Below, one piece after another: positions 9,454-18,161 of a stretch of 37,766 nucleotides of DNA. The stretch comes from a virus, in the UHGV virus genome UHGV-0387984. One strand, given 5' to 3'. The first letter of the stretch is position 1; every line of letters starts with the position of its first letter. The notes under the pieces were generated by a model. The model was given only the letters and a program-made list of their open reading frames with translations. It ran no database searches and was not told where the DNA came from. A program made the position numbers and the translations under genes.

Positions 9454-9818
9454 ATACCTCGATAAAGCAATCCAGTATTGCCAAGATATGTTTTCGCAAT
9501 CCGGTACAGCTTGGATTCAAGTACTTTATTTGCATCCTGTCCGTCAACACACTCTGTCACATAAGACACAGAGTACCCGTCTGTATTTTCGGATTTTACG
9601 ATCTTTCCATCATTTACTGTCGAATTATAGATGACATCGCACATCTCACAAAGACACGATTTGATACGGTGCTCATTTTCCGTGTCGCTTTCTGCTCTTC
9701 CGGATGTGAAATCATCCATATAAACATCTGCAAGATCACGAGTCTTTTTAAACGCGGACTCAGTGGAGATTTTCTCTCCACCAAAGTCCTCAATGTAGTA
9801 TTTGTAATCTACTAACAT
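9447..9818 (-). CDS. Head-tail connector protein (gp6-like, positional call)
   Basis: 123-aa ORF downstream of the capsid genes. Confidence 0.5.
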   Translation of the reverse strand: MLVDYKYYIEDFGGEKISTESAFKKTRDLADVYMDDFTSGRAESDTENEHRIKSCLCEMCDVIYNSTVNDGKIVKSENTDGYSVSYVTECVDGQDANKVLESKLYRIAKTYLGNTGLLYRGIC

Positions 9819-9827
9819 GTGTACTCC

Positions 9828-10211
9828 TTACTGATTCGCCATAATCCCCTGCTTTTTCATCTCTGCAAGAATTGCATTGATTTTATTTTTCAGGTCAGTT
9901 GCTGTTTCTGTGGACAAATCTGCAATCAAAGCCATCTGTTTCACGCCGCCCAGCGTTGTTTTATTCGCCGCTGGAAGAGTGTATTTATTTGCCTGTGCTG
10001 CAATGCCATCTAATTTCGTTTTGTCCTCTTTAGACATCAAACCATCTTTAGATCCGGCAACTGCATTAACGAGTTTTCCCTCGATCTCGCTGATTTTTCC
10101 GTCCTGCTGTGTATTTTTTGTATCATTTGCAGATACGCCGTTCTCAATGTTGTCCATTGCTGCTTTTGTAATTACTTCTCCGTCTTCCCAGTCTTTCTTT
10201 GTGTACGCCAT
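9828..10211 (-). CDS. Hypothetical head-associated protein (possible head fibre or decoration protein)
   Basis: 127-aa ORF directly downstream of the major capsid gene. It contains the motif SKEDKTKLDGIAAQANKYTLPAA...TLGGVK, which resembles a repeat found in phage fibre proteins. Confidence 0.45.
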   Translation of the reverse strand: MAYTKKDWEDGEVITKAAMDNIENGVSANDTKNTQQDGKISEIEGKLVNAVAGSKDGLMSKEDKTKLDGIAAQANKYTLPAANKTTLGGVKQMALIADLSTETATDLKNKINAILAEMKKQGIMANQ

Positions 10212-10294
10212 ACTATCACCTCGCTATTTTGCTTTACCTACTTTTGCCTTTCCGACTTTCCCCCTGCCTACCAAGGCGAGGTCTTCAGGGGGTG

Positions 10295-11152
10295 CTATTC
10301 CCCCACGTGATGACAGTAAATTCCTTTTACTTTATTTTCGTAGGCATCACACATTCCAACCGTTCTGTATGCGTACATATAAGCATCAGCAGACTGGTTC
10401 TGTTCCGGAGAAATAGTCTTCGGAACAGTGTGTTTCTGGTACTGGATAGCAGAGTTTCTGTCGATTGCCATAAAGTTAATCGCTTTTCCCTCTGCATTTT
10501 TCGCGAAACCTCCGGCACCGCCCGCTGTCAAGTCGATCTTTGTATAGAATCTTGCGGATGGAACTCTGACGATACCAGCCCATCCTTCAAGTGCTCTCTT
10601 AGATGCAGTTGTATCCAGATCTTCAACCATGCCAACGAGCGCCGGGTTAATAAACAGATAGCATGTAGACACATCTCCCTCCGCATCTTCGATCGCGTTT
10701 CTCGCTGCTCTTAATGCTGCAAGTGTGGCTTTACCATCCGCAAGCGCACCGCTTGCAGTTGTGATACCGGGAATCTGTGCGTACTGCGAAAACCTCCATG
10801 CGTCCAGCTCCGGAACGACCTGTGTACGGATGAATTCGCCAGCGAGACGTCCGAATGCAATGTCAGCGCTCTCAATGTTGTCCATTGCATCGATGTTAAA
10901 TTTACGCCCTCTGTCATAAGTGCATTTAACAGTCTCGTAATCGAGAGTTACATCACCGTTTACATATCCTGCAGACTTGTCATAATTTGCGAGTCCCTGC
11001 ATGGACATTTTTGGAATTAAAATTTCATTCGCGTTTGCTCCCTCGCGGATCAGATTGCTCGGACCATCCAGAATAGATGTGAGTGAGCTTTTCTTATACA
11101 CAAGGTCAAGCATCGTGGAATACTGTTTTCTGAGTTCGATTGAATTTGCCAT
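10295..11152 (-). CDS. Major capsid protein
   Basis: 285-aa ORF following the scaffold gene, with length and position typical for a major capsid protein. GC hairpins cover its stop codon. Confidence 0.8.
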   Translation of the reverse strand: MANSIELRKQYSTMLDLVYKKSSLTSILDGPSNLIREGANANEILIPKMSMQGLANYDKSAGYVNGDVTLDYETVKCTYDRGRKFNIDAMDNIESADIAFGRLAGEFIRTQVVPELDAWRFSQYAQIPGITTASGALADGKATLAALRAARNAIEDAEGDVSTCYLFINPALVGMVEDLDTTASKRALEGWAGIVRVPSARFYTKIDLTAGGAGGFAKNAEGKAINFMAIDRNSAIQYQKHTVPKTISPEQNQSADAYMYAYRTVGMCDAYENKVKGIYCHHVGE

Positions 11153-11166
11153 ATCTTATCTCCTTA

Positions 11167-11715
11167 TCATTTAAAATCTTTTTCTGTGAGCCCCATAGCA
11201 GCAGCTACCGCATCAAACGCACCTGGCTTCTCGGCTCCGCTTCCAAACACTGGATTTTTAATCGGTTCATCATCCGCAAACAGGAATTTGCTTTCTTCGT
11301 TCTCTTTCAGGTCTTTGAATGCATTTTCAATATCCGTATCCTGATTTTTGGATGCTTTCAGATCATCCGTTTTTAAGTACGGAAGAACCGCTTTTAAAGC
11401 TCTCGCACCATGTTTTTTCGCTGCTGATTCAAGTTTTCCATTAAACTCATAATCCTGTTTAATCTGCGCTTTCTCCGCTTCTGATGCTTCATATTTCTGC
11501 TTGTAATCAGCTACCTGCCCTTTGATTTCTTCGTAATCTCCGAATCCCTCAATAGCCGTGTTTGCGTCTGCAAGCTGCTGCTTTGTCGTATCAAGCTCAG
11601 ATTTGATGTTGTCGTAATCTCTCATTGCTTTTCCGACATCTGCGGAATTGGCATCCAGAATCTTGTTGATCTGTTCTTTTTCCAATCCCATTTCTTCTAA
11701 AAACTCTCTTTTCAT
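11167..11715 (-). CDS. Scaffolding protein
   Basis: 182-aa highly charged helical protein between the minor capsid and major capsid genes. Confidence 0.75.
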   Translation of the reverse strand: MKREFLEEMGLEKEQINKILDANSADVGKAMRDYDNIKSELDTTKQQLADANTAIEGFGDYEEIKGQVADYKQKYEASEAEKAQIKQDYEFNGKLESAAKKHGARALKAVLPYLKTDDLKASKNQDTDIENAFKDLKENEESKFLFADDEPIKNPVFGSGAEKPGAFDAVAAAMGLTEKDFK

Positions 11716-11817
11716 GCTTCATCTTCCTTTCGCTTCGCTTTTTCTCGTGGTCGCACCACATGTCTCAAGTCAGTACCCAGTTTCTCGTCTTTTGGCAGGA
11801 CAAAACAAAAGAGCCGC

Positions 11818-12978
11818 CTATGCGACTCTTCCTAACATATCCATGTATATCCGTTCTCTTTGTTGTTCTACGCCCATCTTCCGACAGAACCTTGTGTATT
11901 CGTACAGTTGGGCTTTGTATTTTACTCTCATGGTCAATATATTGTCTGGATCTGCTCTGGCAGTCTTGAGTGCCATGATCCTAGACCGCTGCGCTCTCAT
12001 TGCGGTTTCCATCCTCCGCTGTTGCTGCGTAATTCCGTAAGCATCCAACTCTTTGCCTTGCCACCTCTTTGTTTTGTTTTCTATGGCATTCTGCTTTCTC
12101 AACCATTCATCCGACCACTGCCGTTCAGACGCACCTTTTACAAATGGGTAATAATCGTGGTAGCAGTTAGCTCCTTGTAGGCCAGTAGCAGTTCCAAGGC
12201 CGCACACGGACACCAGTTCTTCTTTGCTGTATACTTTTCCCTGCCACTTGCGGTGTTCCGGTCTGGCTCCCGGATGCCAGTCAACCTCGTAATAATTTGT
12301 ACCCAGTTTCTCGGCATTGATCCTATTCAGTTCTCCTGTGATCTGCGATACTCCAGTTAATACGCTTCTGCGGACTGCTACATGCACTCTGCTACTGTAT
12401 CCGGTGGCATAATCTACAGTCCTTAACCCACTGTTTGTCATCTGCGTGACAACTCTCCGGATGACTGTGTTATAGTCAAACGCACCGCTTAATACATCCA
12501 TGATCGCCATATCTACATACCGTTGGTAATACTCGGAAAATGGCATAAATACACGCCGATTTCCCATAAGCACAGAGAATCCATAAGACCTTGCAAGGTT
12601 CTGCAACTCATCCTGTGTCTGCTTCCTGACGGCCTGCGACACCTGTTTGAGCTGTTCGTTTTCCTCTGCCGGAATAAATTCCCGGTTGATCTGCTCATAT
12701 AAGTCCTTATCCCTTACATACTGCCACTCTGCTATCTCATCGTAGAGTTTAAACATCTCCGGATATGCAGCTTTCAGAGCATCTTTTAGGATTTTTTCTA
12801 CCTCCTCTGTGCTCTTTCCCATCTCCGCCAGCCTGTTAATCTGGTAATCGGCAGTGGATGTGATCTTTCCGGCCTTTCTGATTCTGCGAACAATATCCTG
12901 TATGATTCGGTTCTCAGCAACCATCCATATAGATTCCATCCTAAGAGACATTTTTTCGACATCTGGCTTGCTCATCAC
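11818..12978 (-). CDS. Minor capsid / head morphogenesis protein (SPP1 gp7-like)
   Basis: 386-aa ORF directly after the portal gene, with conserved minor capsid character. Confidence 0.7.
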   Translation of the reverse strand: MMSKPDVEKMSLRMESIWMVAENRIIQDIVRRIRKAGKITSTADYQINRLAEMGKSTEEVEKILKDALKAAYPEMFKLYDEIAEWQYVRDKDLYEQINREFIPAEENEQLKQVSQAVRKQTQDELQNLARSYGFSVLMGNRRVFMPFSEYYQRYVDMAIMDVLSGAFDYNTVIRRVVTQMTNSGLRTVDYATGYSSRVHVAVRRSVLTGVSQITGELNRINAEKLGTNYYEVDWHPGARPEHRKWQGKVYSKEELVSVCGLGTATGLQGANCYHDYYPFVKGASERQWSDEWLRKQNAIENKTKRWQGKELDAYGITQQQRRMETAMRAQRSRIMALKTARADPDNILTMRVKYKAQLYEYTRFCRKMGVEQQRERIYMDMLGRVA

Positions 12979-12981
12979 CTA

Positions 12982-14316
12982 TCACTCCATTACTCCACCT
13001 TGATCCGGCACATTCGCCTTTGCAGTCTCTTCATCCTCTCCAAGGAATCGCACCCTGTATTCCCAGTGCGATCTAATTCCGGCCGCTATCTCATTTAGCA
13101 TCAACTGGCGATCCGTTTCCTCATCTGTCAGAATTGAGTCTTTAAAACTGCAGATAAACTCATATCCTGAATGAAGCATTCCTTCGTGGAACGCCAGACC
13201 TCTCACAAAATCCTCTAAGCAATCTCGTAAGTTATCTTGGATTGCTTTAACACGATTGTATTTCCGGTTTTTTGATGCCTTAACCTCTGTGGCTGTCTTA
13301 TCCACGCTCTGCGGATTGCTTAAGTCCCCGAACGCAAGGCCAACTACAAACTCGATCTGTCTAAAGTAGTTCTCTAGACCGTTAATCAAGTTCTGGTCTC
13401 TAAGCTCCGGCGAAAATTCTTTAAAAAATCCCTCTTCGCCGTCAATCCCTCGATACAATTTTTTATTTAATTTCGCTATACCGTTCTGTCCGTCTGGCTC
13501 TCGCTTGATAGCCGCAGCATCCACATGGATCGCCCTCTCACCAGACTCAAACTCCCAGTCTATTCTTGCGCTCTGCACGTCCGCTTTCCTGATCAAATCG
13601 ATCGCACAATCAAAAATAGACACACCACAAGGCGTGTCATCAATCCTGTTCTTGATCGGATTCCGGTAATATCCAAAATCCATTTCTTCAACTCCCGGAT
13701 ACGCTACATGTTCCGGCAGTCCAGCCCATGCTTCTAAGCTTTCCAGAGAGATTTTCCGGTCAAATCCATATCTTGTGGATGAGCTGTAGGCTTCGTTTGT
13801 GATCTCGAGGAATCCGTTTTTGATACTGTGCCGCTCCAGGCGAACATAATACTTTGCATCGTCTATGTCTCGGAAGTCCAGAAAGACTATATCGTTCGGC
13901 TTCTCATCATTGCCAAAGCTCACCGGGATGAACTTATCCGCTGTCACGAACTCTGCTTGTCCATTCCCAAGGGGTTTCAAGCAAAATGAACCGAGTCCTA
14001 GGCCGTCCTGCAAGTTCTCGTTCAGGCTCTCTGTGGTGCTCTCAAACAGCTTCAGGAGCTTGTCATTTGAGATTTTAATTTCCATTTCTGACAAAACTAC
14101 ATCCGTAAACTCTCTGCATATCCCCTGCTCGATTTTTAGGGATGTTACATAATCTTTGCACCAGTCTGCATTCCCGGACAGCATACTGTTCCATTCATTT
14201 ATTTTTTGCACCATCGTGCTTGTAATTGCAGGAGATTCTCTCAACACCTGCTTCATCGTTGTCCTGCTTATCATGTTAAACACTCCTGTAATAACCTTGT
14301 TAATAAACTTAAACAT
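12982..14316 (-). CDS. Portal protein (SPP1 gp6-like)
   Basis: About 444 aa from the ATG at 14316, which has a GAGGTG ribosome binding site. It lies immediately after the TerL stop codon. Confidence 0.85.
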   Translation of the reverse strand: MFKFINKVITGVFNMISRTTMKQVLRESPAITSTMVQKINEWNSMLSGNADWCKDYVTSLKIEQGICREFTDVVLSEMEIKISNDKLLKLFESTTESLNENLQDGLGLGSFCLKPLGNGQAEFVTADKFIPVSFGNDEKPNDIVFLDFRDIDDAKYYVRLERHSIKNGFLEITNEAYSSSTRYGFDRKISLESLEAWAGLPEHVAYPGVEEMDFGYYRNPIKNRIDDTPCGVSIFDCAIDLIRKADVQSARIDWEFESGERAIHVDAAAIKREPDGQNGIAKLNKKLYRGIDGEEGFFKEFSPELRDQNLINGLENYFRQIEFVVGLAFGDLSNPQSVDKTATEVKASKNRKYNRVKAIQDNLRDCLEDFVRGLAFHEGMLHSGYEFICSFKDSILTDEETDRQLMLNEIAAGIRSHWEYRVRFLGEDEETAKANVPDQGGVME

Positions 14317-14324
14317 CTTGCACC

Positions 14325-15572
14325 TCACTCTGTCAGCATTTTAATGTCGCGTTCTATCGTGTACTCAAATGCATCCAGTGTATCAATATCACTACTTCCG
14401 TCATCCAGACGATCGTCTTTTAATGCTTTTTCATCCCACACTGCTTCTTGCAATGCAGTCGATAATGTTTCGCAATCCTCTGTAATAAAAAAGCGCCCAG
14501 CTCCCATGAGCTTTAAGACGCACTCAATTCGGTCTTTTATCCTAATTTTCTTAGCCGGTCTCACAATTACATTCGGATGTGCTTTTATCATGGCGTTTCG
14601 GATACTCTGGCCGAGCGTGGTCTCCGCGTTATCCCAGTAAATAAAATCAACTTTTCCATACTTTTCTTGTACCTCATTAACAAATTGGATAAGCAAATCA
14701 TTCAGGATGTTGGAATCAATTCCCTCTTTAAACCGCTTCGTATCCGTATTCATGTATCGGATACTTTTTAATCCGTATACATTATTGTCTCGATCGTAAC
14801 CCCTTGCCACGAAAGAGTGGCCAGACTTATTACCACCAAAATCCACGCCAATTACAATCTCTGTCAGATCGACTGTAGCAGGCTCTTTGACAAAATCTTC
14901 CGGATGGTCTGCGAATTTGCGGTAAATCGCTCCCTCTGCTCGTTTCCAGAGACCGAGAATCAACCGGTCATAGTAAATCGTACCGTCATATTCGATGCAG
15001 AGCTTCTCTACAAAATCTGGAGCCAGAAACGGATTGTCGAAAATCGTGTATCTCTGCAGATAGATATCTAATTTTTTGTTGTCGAGAAATTCTTTTAGCC
15101 AGTGTGTCGGATTCTCCGGATTGCAAGCTCCATCAAAGCAGGAGTATGTCTTATCGAGACGGGATTTAAGCATCTGGAAGACTTCTTTGTTCCATTTCGC
15201 GATCTCATCGCCATAACAATACTTAATGGATGCTCCCTGTATCTTTGCAACCTGGCTGACCTTTTCCGCGCCGAGACAATAGACATCCTCTCCGCATACT
15301 CTAGCCACATTCCGGTTGTTAATGTTTCCGATCAGGTCGCTGGTATATATTTCTCTCATCGGCTGTAGGACGTTTCGTTCTATAGACTCTTTCGAAACTC
15401 CCATAATGACATTCAAGCCGGGCTTTCCCGCTCTTTCTCTGATTCTTTTAGGTACGATATAAGCAGTATCAACATAAGACTTTCCAGAACGAACCGCTCC
15501 TGACTTAATGTTCCATCTATGCGTTGCGTTTATTATGTACTCATTCTGCTTTTTGCTTAGCTGCATTGTCAT
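14325..15572 (-). CDS. terL: Terminase large subunit (PBSX/SPP1-like, headful type)
   Basis: 415 aa. The N-terminal ATPase region carries a Walker A-like RSGKSY motif, and a nuclease-type C-terminal half follows. It overlaps the terS 3' end. Confidence 0.85.
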   Translation of the reverse strand: MTMQLSKKQNEYIINATHRWNIKSGAVRSGKSYVDTAYIVPKRIRERAGKPGLNVIMGVSKESIERNVLQPMREIYTSDLIGNINNRNVARVCGEDVYCLGAEKVSQVAKIQGASIKYCYGDEIAKWNKEVFQMLKSRLDKTYSCFDGACNPENPTHWLKEFLDNKKLDIYLQRYTIFDNPFLAPDFVEKLCIEYDGTIYYDRLILGLWKRAEGAIYRKFADHPEDFVKEPATVDLTEIVIGVDFGGNKSGHSFVARGYDRDNNVYGLKSIRYMNTDTKRFKEGIDSNILNDLLIQFVNEVQEKYGKVDFIYWDNAETTLGQSIRNAMIKAHPNVIVRPAKKIRIKDRIECVLKLMGAGRFFITEDCETLSTALQEAVWDEKALKDDRLDDGSSDIDTLDAFEYTIERDIKMLTE

Positions 15573-16008
15573 GCAATCCTTTCAAGATTTCATCCAGCTT
15601 CTCAATCGCTGTCCTATCTTCGTATTCTTGCTTATCTCTCCACTTGTCCGGTTTCCGGTTCTTCAACCAGAAGATCTGGGCTGTAGTGTCCGGCGCTACT
15701 TGCTTTGTGACCTTTTTCGTAGTTTTCATTTCATCGAGTTCCGGTATATATTCTCTGATCGTTTCCGTGTACTCATATCCAAGCGCACGTTTTAGCAAAG
15801 CATTCTCGACTTGACGATCAACGACCTCTTTTCCTCTTTTTAGGGTGTCCGAAATGTCCGAATACTTGTCTTTCCAGCTATTTAATGTGCTTCTGGAAAT
15901 CCCGATATTATCTGCAATCTGCTCGTCCGTCAGACCATCTCTCGCCCATCCCTCTATCTTTAGCAAGCCTTCCGGCTCTAGCCACTCTTGATATTTACCT
16001 TTTGCCAT
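15541..16008 (-). CDS. terS: Terminase small subunit
   Basis: The true start is an internal ATG at 16008 (MAKGKYQEWLEPEG...) with a GGTGGTGAG ribosome binding site. A helix-turn-helix motif (LTDEQIADNIGISRSTLNSW) is present. It lies upstream of and overlaps terL. Confidence 0.75.
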   Translation of the reverse strand: MAKGKYQEWLEPEGLLKIEGWARDGLTDEQIADNIGISRSTLNSWKDKYSDISDTLKRGKEVVDRQVENALLKRALGYEYTETIREYIPELDEMKTTKKVTKQVAPDTTAQIFWLKNRKPDKWRDKQEYEDRTAIEKLDEILKGLHDNAAKQKAE

Positions 16009-16168
16009 CCGACTCACCACCTTTATAGCATAATAAAAGCACCCATCTCTGGATGCTAAGAATGTAGGACTACTGCTGAAAGAATTAATAACGCCAACAA
16101 AAACCAAAATAACCAAATACACAATCAAAATTTATAAGAAAAAGGAGGAACCTTGCAGTAGTCCACAA

Positions 16169-16241
16169 CGGGTATAGCAGGATTCGAACCTGCGACACAT
16201 CGGTTAACAGCCGATTGCTCTACCAACTGAGCTATACACCC
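16169..16241 (-). tRNA. tRNA-Asn (anticodon GTT), phage-encoded
   Basis: Reverse complement: GGGTGTATAGCTCAGTTGGTAGAGCAATCGGCTGTTAACCGATGTGTCGCAGGTTCGAATCCTGCTATACCCG. It folds as a cloverleaf with a 7-bp acceptor stem, a GTT anticodon in the loop CTGTTAA, and a GGTTCGAATCC T-arm. Confidence 0.85.
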
Positions 16242-16434
16242 ATAGGATGCCTTTTATTGACATCCTTTACCCTATCCGCACTCGGGTACGCTGATTACAC
16301 TAAATATAGATTGCTGAATCTATTTTGTTTGTTTTGCAGATCTGCGGATATCTGCGTTTTGTGATATCACTCGTAGCGCTTCCGCAACATTCCGGAATTA
16401 AAATTTACTGCGATATGCTACGAAGCCGTGTACA

Positions 16435-16469
16435 GGAGTCGAACCTGTCTGCCCTACATTTGCCACGGC
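16435..16469 (-). other. tRNA-like minihelix fragment (acceptor stem plus T-arm only)
   Basis: Reverse complement: GCCGTGGCAAATGTAGGGCAG-ACAGG-TTCGACT-CCTGT-ACACGGC. It has a canonical T-arm and a 6-bp acceptor pairing but no D-arm or anticodon arm, and it does not match the adjacent tRNA-Asn. Confidence 0.4.
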
Positions 16470-16511
16470 ATAAAAACACCGCCAGACAAGAAAGGGTAAA
16501 AGTCCGGCGGT
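16470..16511 (-). terminator. Rho-independent terminator after the late-regulator gene
   Basis: The minus strand reads ACCGCCGGAC-(loop)-GTCTGGCGGT followed by GTTTTTAT. This is a 10-bp stem with one G-U pair and a U-tract. Confidence 0.65.
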
Positions 16512-16576
16512 ATTCCGAATGTTTGGAAAGATTGTTCCAGAACAATATATAATCGTTCTAGAATAATTATAGCATA

Positions 16577-17014
16577 CTATTTTTGTGAAAAGTGTGAAAG
16601 TTTGAGATAATCACTTATTTTTTTCGACACGTAACTTCTGTCAATATTTACTATCTCCGCAACTTCATCCTGTTTCTTGCCCTCAATAAACGATAACTCA
16701 AATATCTCCTTAATCTCCGGATCATCAATCCCATTTATGTAGTCCTCTACTTTTTTTTGCTCTTTCAGAATCCGCAGCCTGTCTGCTTCTTTTCTTCTGA
16801 TCTGGCGTCTTATATTCTCTTCCTCGTAAGGATCATACATTTGCACAGATGTCCGTACTTCCGTGTATGGGAAATCTGCACTTGATCCAGTTACTTTCCC
16901 CATGACCACAGTTGACTCTCGTTCGCATAGTTCCTGTATTTGCTCCTCAATCCGGATAAGTCTATCTTTATTCGATTTATACCTTTTCAGTGTTTTCTTG
17001 TCCACTGGCAACAC
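16577..17014 (-). CDS. Late-gene transcriptional activator, sigma-70 region-4-like (ArpU/RinA/DUF1492-type)
   Basis: 145 aa. The C-terminal region-4-like helix-turn-helix reads EIFELSFIEGKKQDEVAEIVNIDRSYVSKKI. It sits just upstream of the tRNA and terS, as late activators do. The start codon is uncertain (GTG or TTG). Confidence 0.65.
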   Translation of the reverse strand: MLPVDKKTLKRYKSNKDRLIRIEEQIQELCERESTVVMGKVTGSSADFPYTEVRTSVQMYDPYEEENIRRQIRRKEADRLRILKEQKKVEDYINGIDDPEIKEIFELSFIEGKKQDEVAEIVNIDRSYVSKKISDYLKLSHFSQK

Positions 17015-17189
17015 TCCCTTTCGTATCTATTCCCCATTTTCTTAAGCAGTCCTCTACTGAGTACGCACCTCTTTGCATCCACTTTTTTGCATTCTCTGTG
17101 GGTTCATGTTCAGCCAGATCGGCAAAGTGATCATCCCGATCCCGTTTCATTTCCTTTGCGCTGCGTCTGTGCTTTAAGATTCCTCTCAT
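16977..17189 (-). CDS. Hypothetical 70-aa basic protein
   Basis: ORF overlapping the 5' end of the late-activator gene. No recognisable motif. Confidence 0.3.
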   Translation of the reverse strand: MRGILKHRRSAKEMKRDRDDHFADLAEHEPTENAKKWMQRGAYSVEDCLRKWGIDTKGSVASGQENTEKV

Positions 17190-17785
17190 GCCGTCACCTC
17201 AATTTCCTCTCCTGTCAGCTCTTCAAGCTTCTGTCGCATTTCCTCGATGGTCATTTTCTTTGTTTCGGTGCATTCCCAAATGAGTTCAAGGTTGCTTTTA
17301 ATAAACACATCTTCTATGCATCCGAGTGATTCCGGAGTAATTCTATAGACTTTAACGATGTCTCCTCCTGTATAACCTTCCCATTTCAAGTCATCAGTGT
17401 AACCGTCTATATGATTGCATCTGCCTTTTCTTACTGCCTTCCCAGCCAATACAAGATACATGTTGCCATCTCTTTGTTCAACTACCATCCCGTCTTCCAG
17501 ATCCGCTTTTGTAAATTCCTTCTGCATGTAATCACCCCATTCTAAGATCCTATGTCCTTTTTTCTTTGCCCACCTATAATGCGAAAAACTTACGCCATAT
17601 ACATAGCATGTTTTTTCGCCATGTACATACCATACTGTGTTTTCGAGTAAAGTTTCTCCATCGCTCCACCGCATCCCTTTCTCATGCATCTGCTCGCAGA
17701 AATCTTTTGCTTCCTCCTCGGTCTTACAATGCACTGCGATCTTATTATCTGCATCCTTAAATTCGTCCCAGTTAAATTTTCTCAT
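17186..17785 (-). CDS. Hypothetical phage protein
   Basis: About 199 aa from the ATG at 17785 (MRKFNWDEF...), which has a GGTAGGAAA ribosome binding site. No recognisable family. Confidence 0.5.
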   Translation of the reverse strand: MRKFNWDEFKDADNKIAVHCKTEEEAKDFCEQMHEKGMRWSDGETLLENTVWYVHGEKTCYVYGVSFSHYRWAKKKGHRILEWGDYMQKEFTKADLEDGMVVEQRDGNMYLVLAGKAVRKGRCNHIDGYTDDLKWEGYTGGDIVKVYRITPESLGCIEDVFIKSNLELIWECTETKKMTIEEMRQKLEELTGEEIEVTA

Positions 17786-17790
17786 ATTTC

Positions 17791-17982
17791 CTACCTCACT
17801 ATCTTTCGCGCTATCCAATCCAAAAACACCACAAACAGCAGTATCGGGAAGCATGCCGCTGCTAAATAATCCTCACACTCCAACTCCACATCTTCTTCCA
17901 ATCCTGTCTTTAAAGTAATCACGGTTCCTAGCCCCAATATGTAGTACAGAGCCAGGAATGCGATTGTGATTAAAATGTCCAT
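17791..17982 (-). CDS. Small two-TM membrane protein (63 aa)
   Basis: The ATG at 17982 is preceded by GGAGGAA. Translation: MDILITIAFLALYYILGLGTVITLK...AAACFPILLFVVFLDWIARKIVR. This gives two hydrophobic helices. Confidence 0.45.
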   Translation of the reverse strand: MDILITIAFLALYYILGLGTVITLKTGLEEDVELECEDYLAAACFPILLFVVFLDWIARKIVR

Positions 17983-17993
17983 GTTATTCCTCC

Positions 17994-18161
17994 TTACCCA
18001 CATACTTCTCCACAACATCTATTGCACAGGTCAGCCCATAAAGATAGCTTTCCAGCTCTTCTGCTGTTTTGCTCGCTCCATGTCTTTTCTTCCTTCAGTG
18101 TTTCGTAGGCGTCATTTTTCATGGATTCGATTTCTTCCACGATTTTCTCTAATGCGTTCAT
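17994..18161 (-). CDS. 55-aa micro-protein with a C-terminal CxxCC...C motif
   Basis: Its ATG overlaps the YopX stop codon (ATGA). Translation: MNALEKIVEEIESMKNDAYETLKEEKTWSEQNSRRAGKLSLWADLCNRCCGEVCG. Confidence 0.4.
   Translation of the reverse strand: MNALEKIVEEIESMKNDAYETLKEEKTWSEQNSRRAGKLSLWADLCNRCCGEVCG

Noticed and set aside
16400-16520. A second complete tRNA gene next to tRNA-Asn
   Set aside because: Only a T-arm and acceptor helix are present. There is no D-arm or anticodon arm between the 5' acceptor strand and the T-stem. It is reported as a tRNA-like fragment, not a tRNA.
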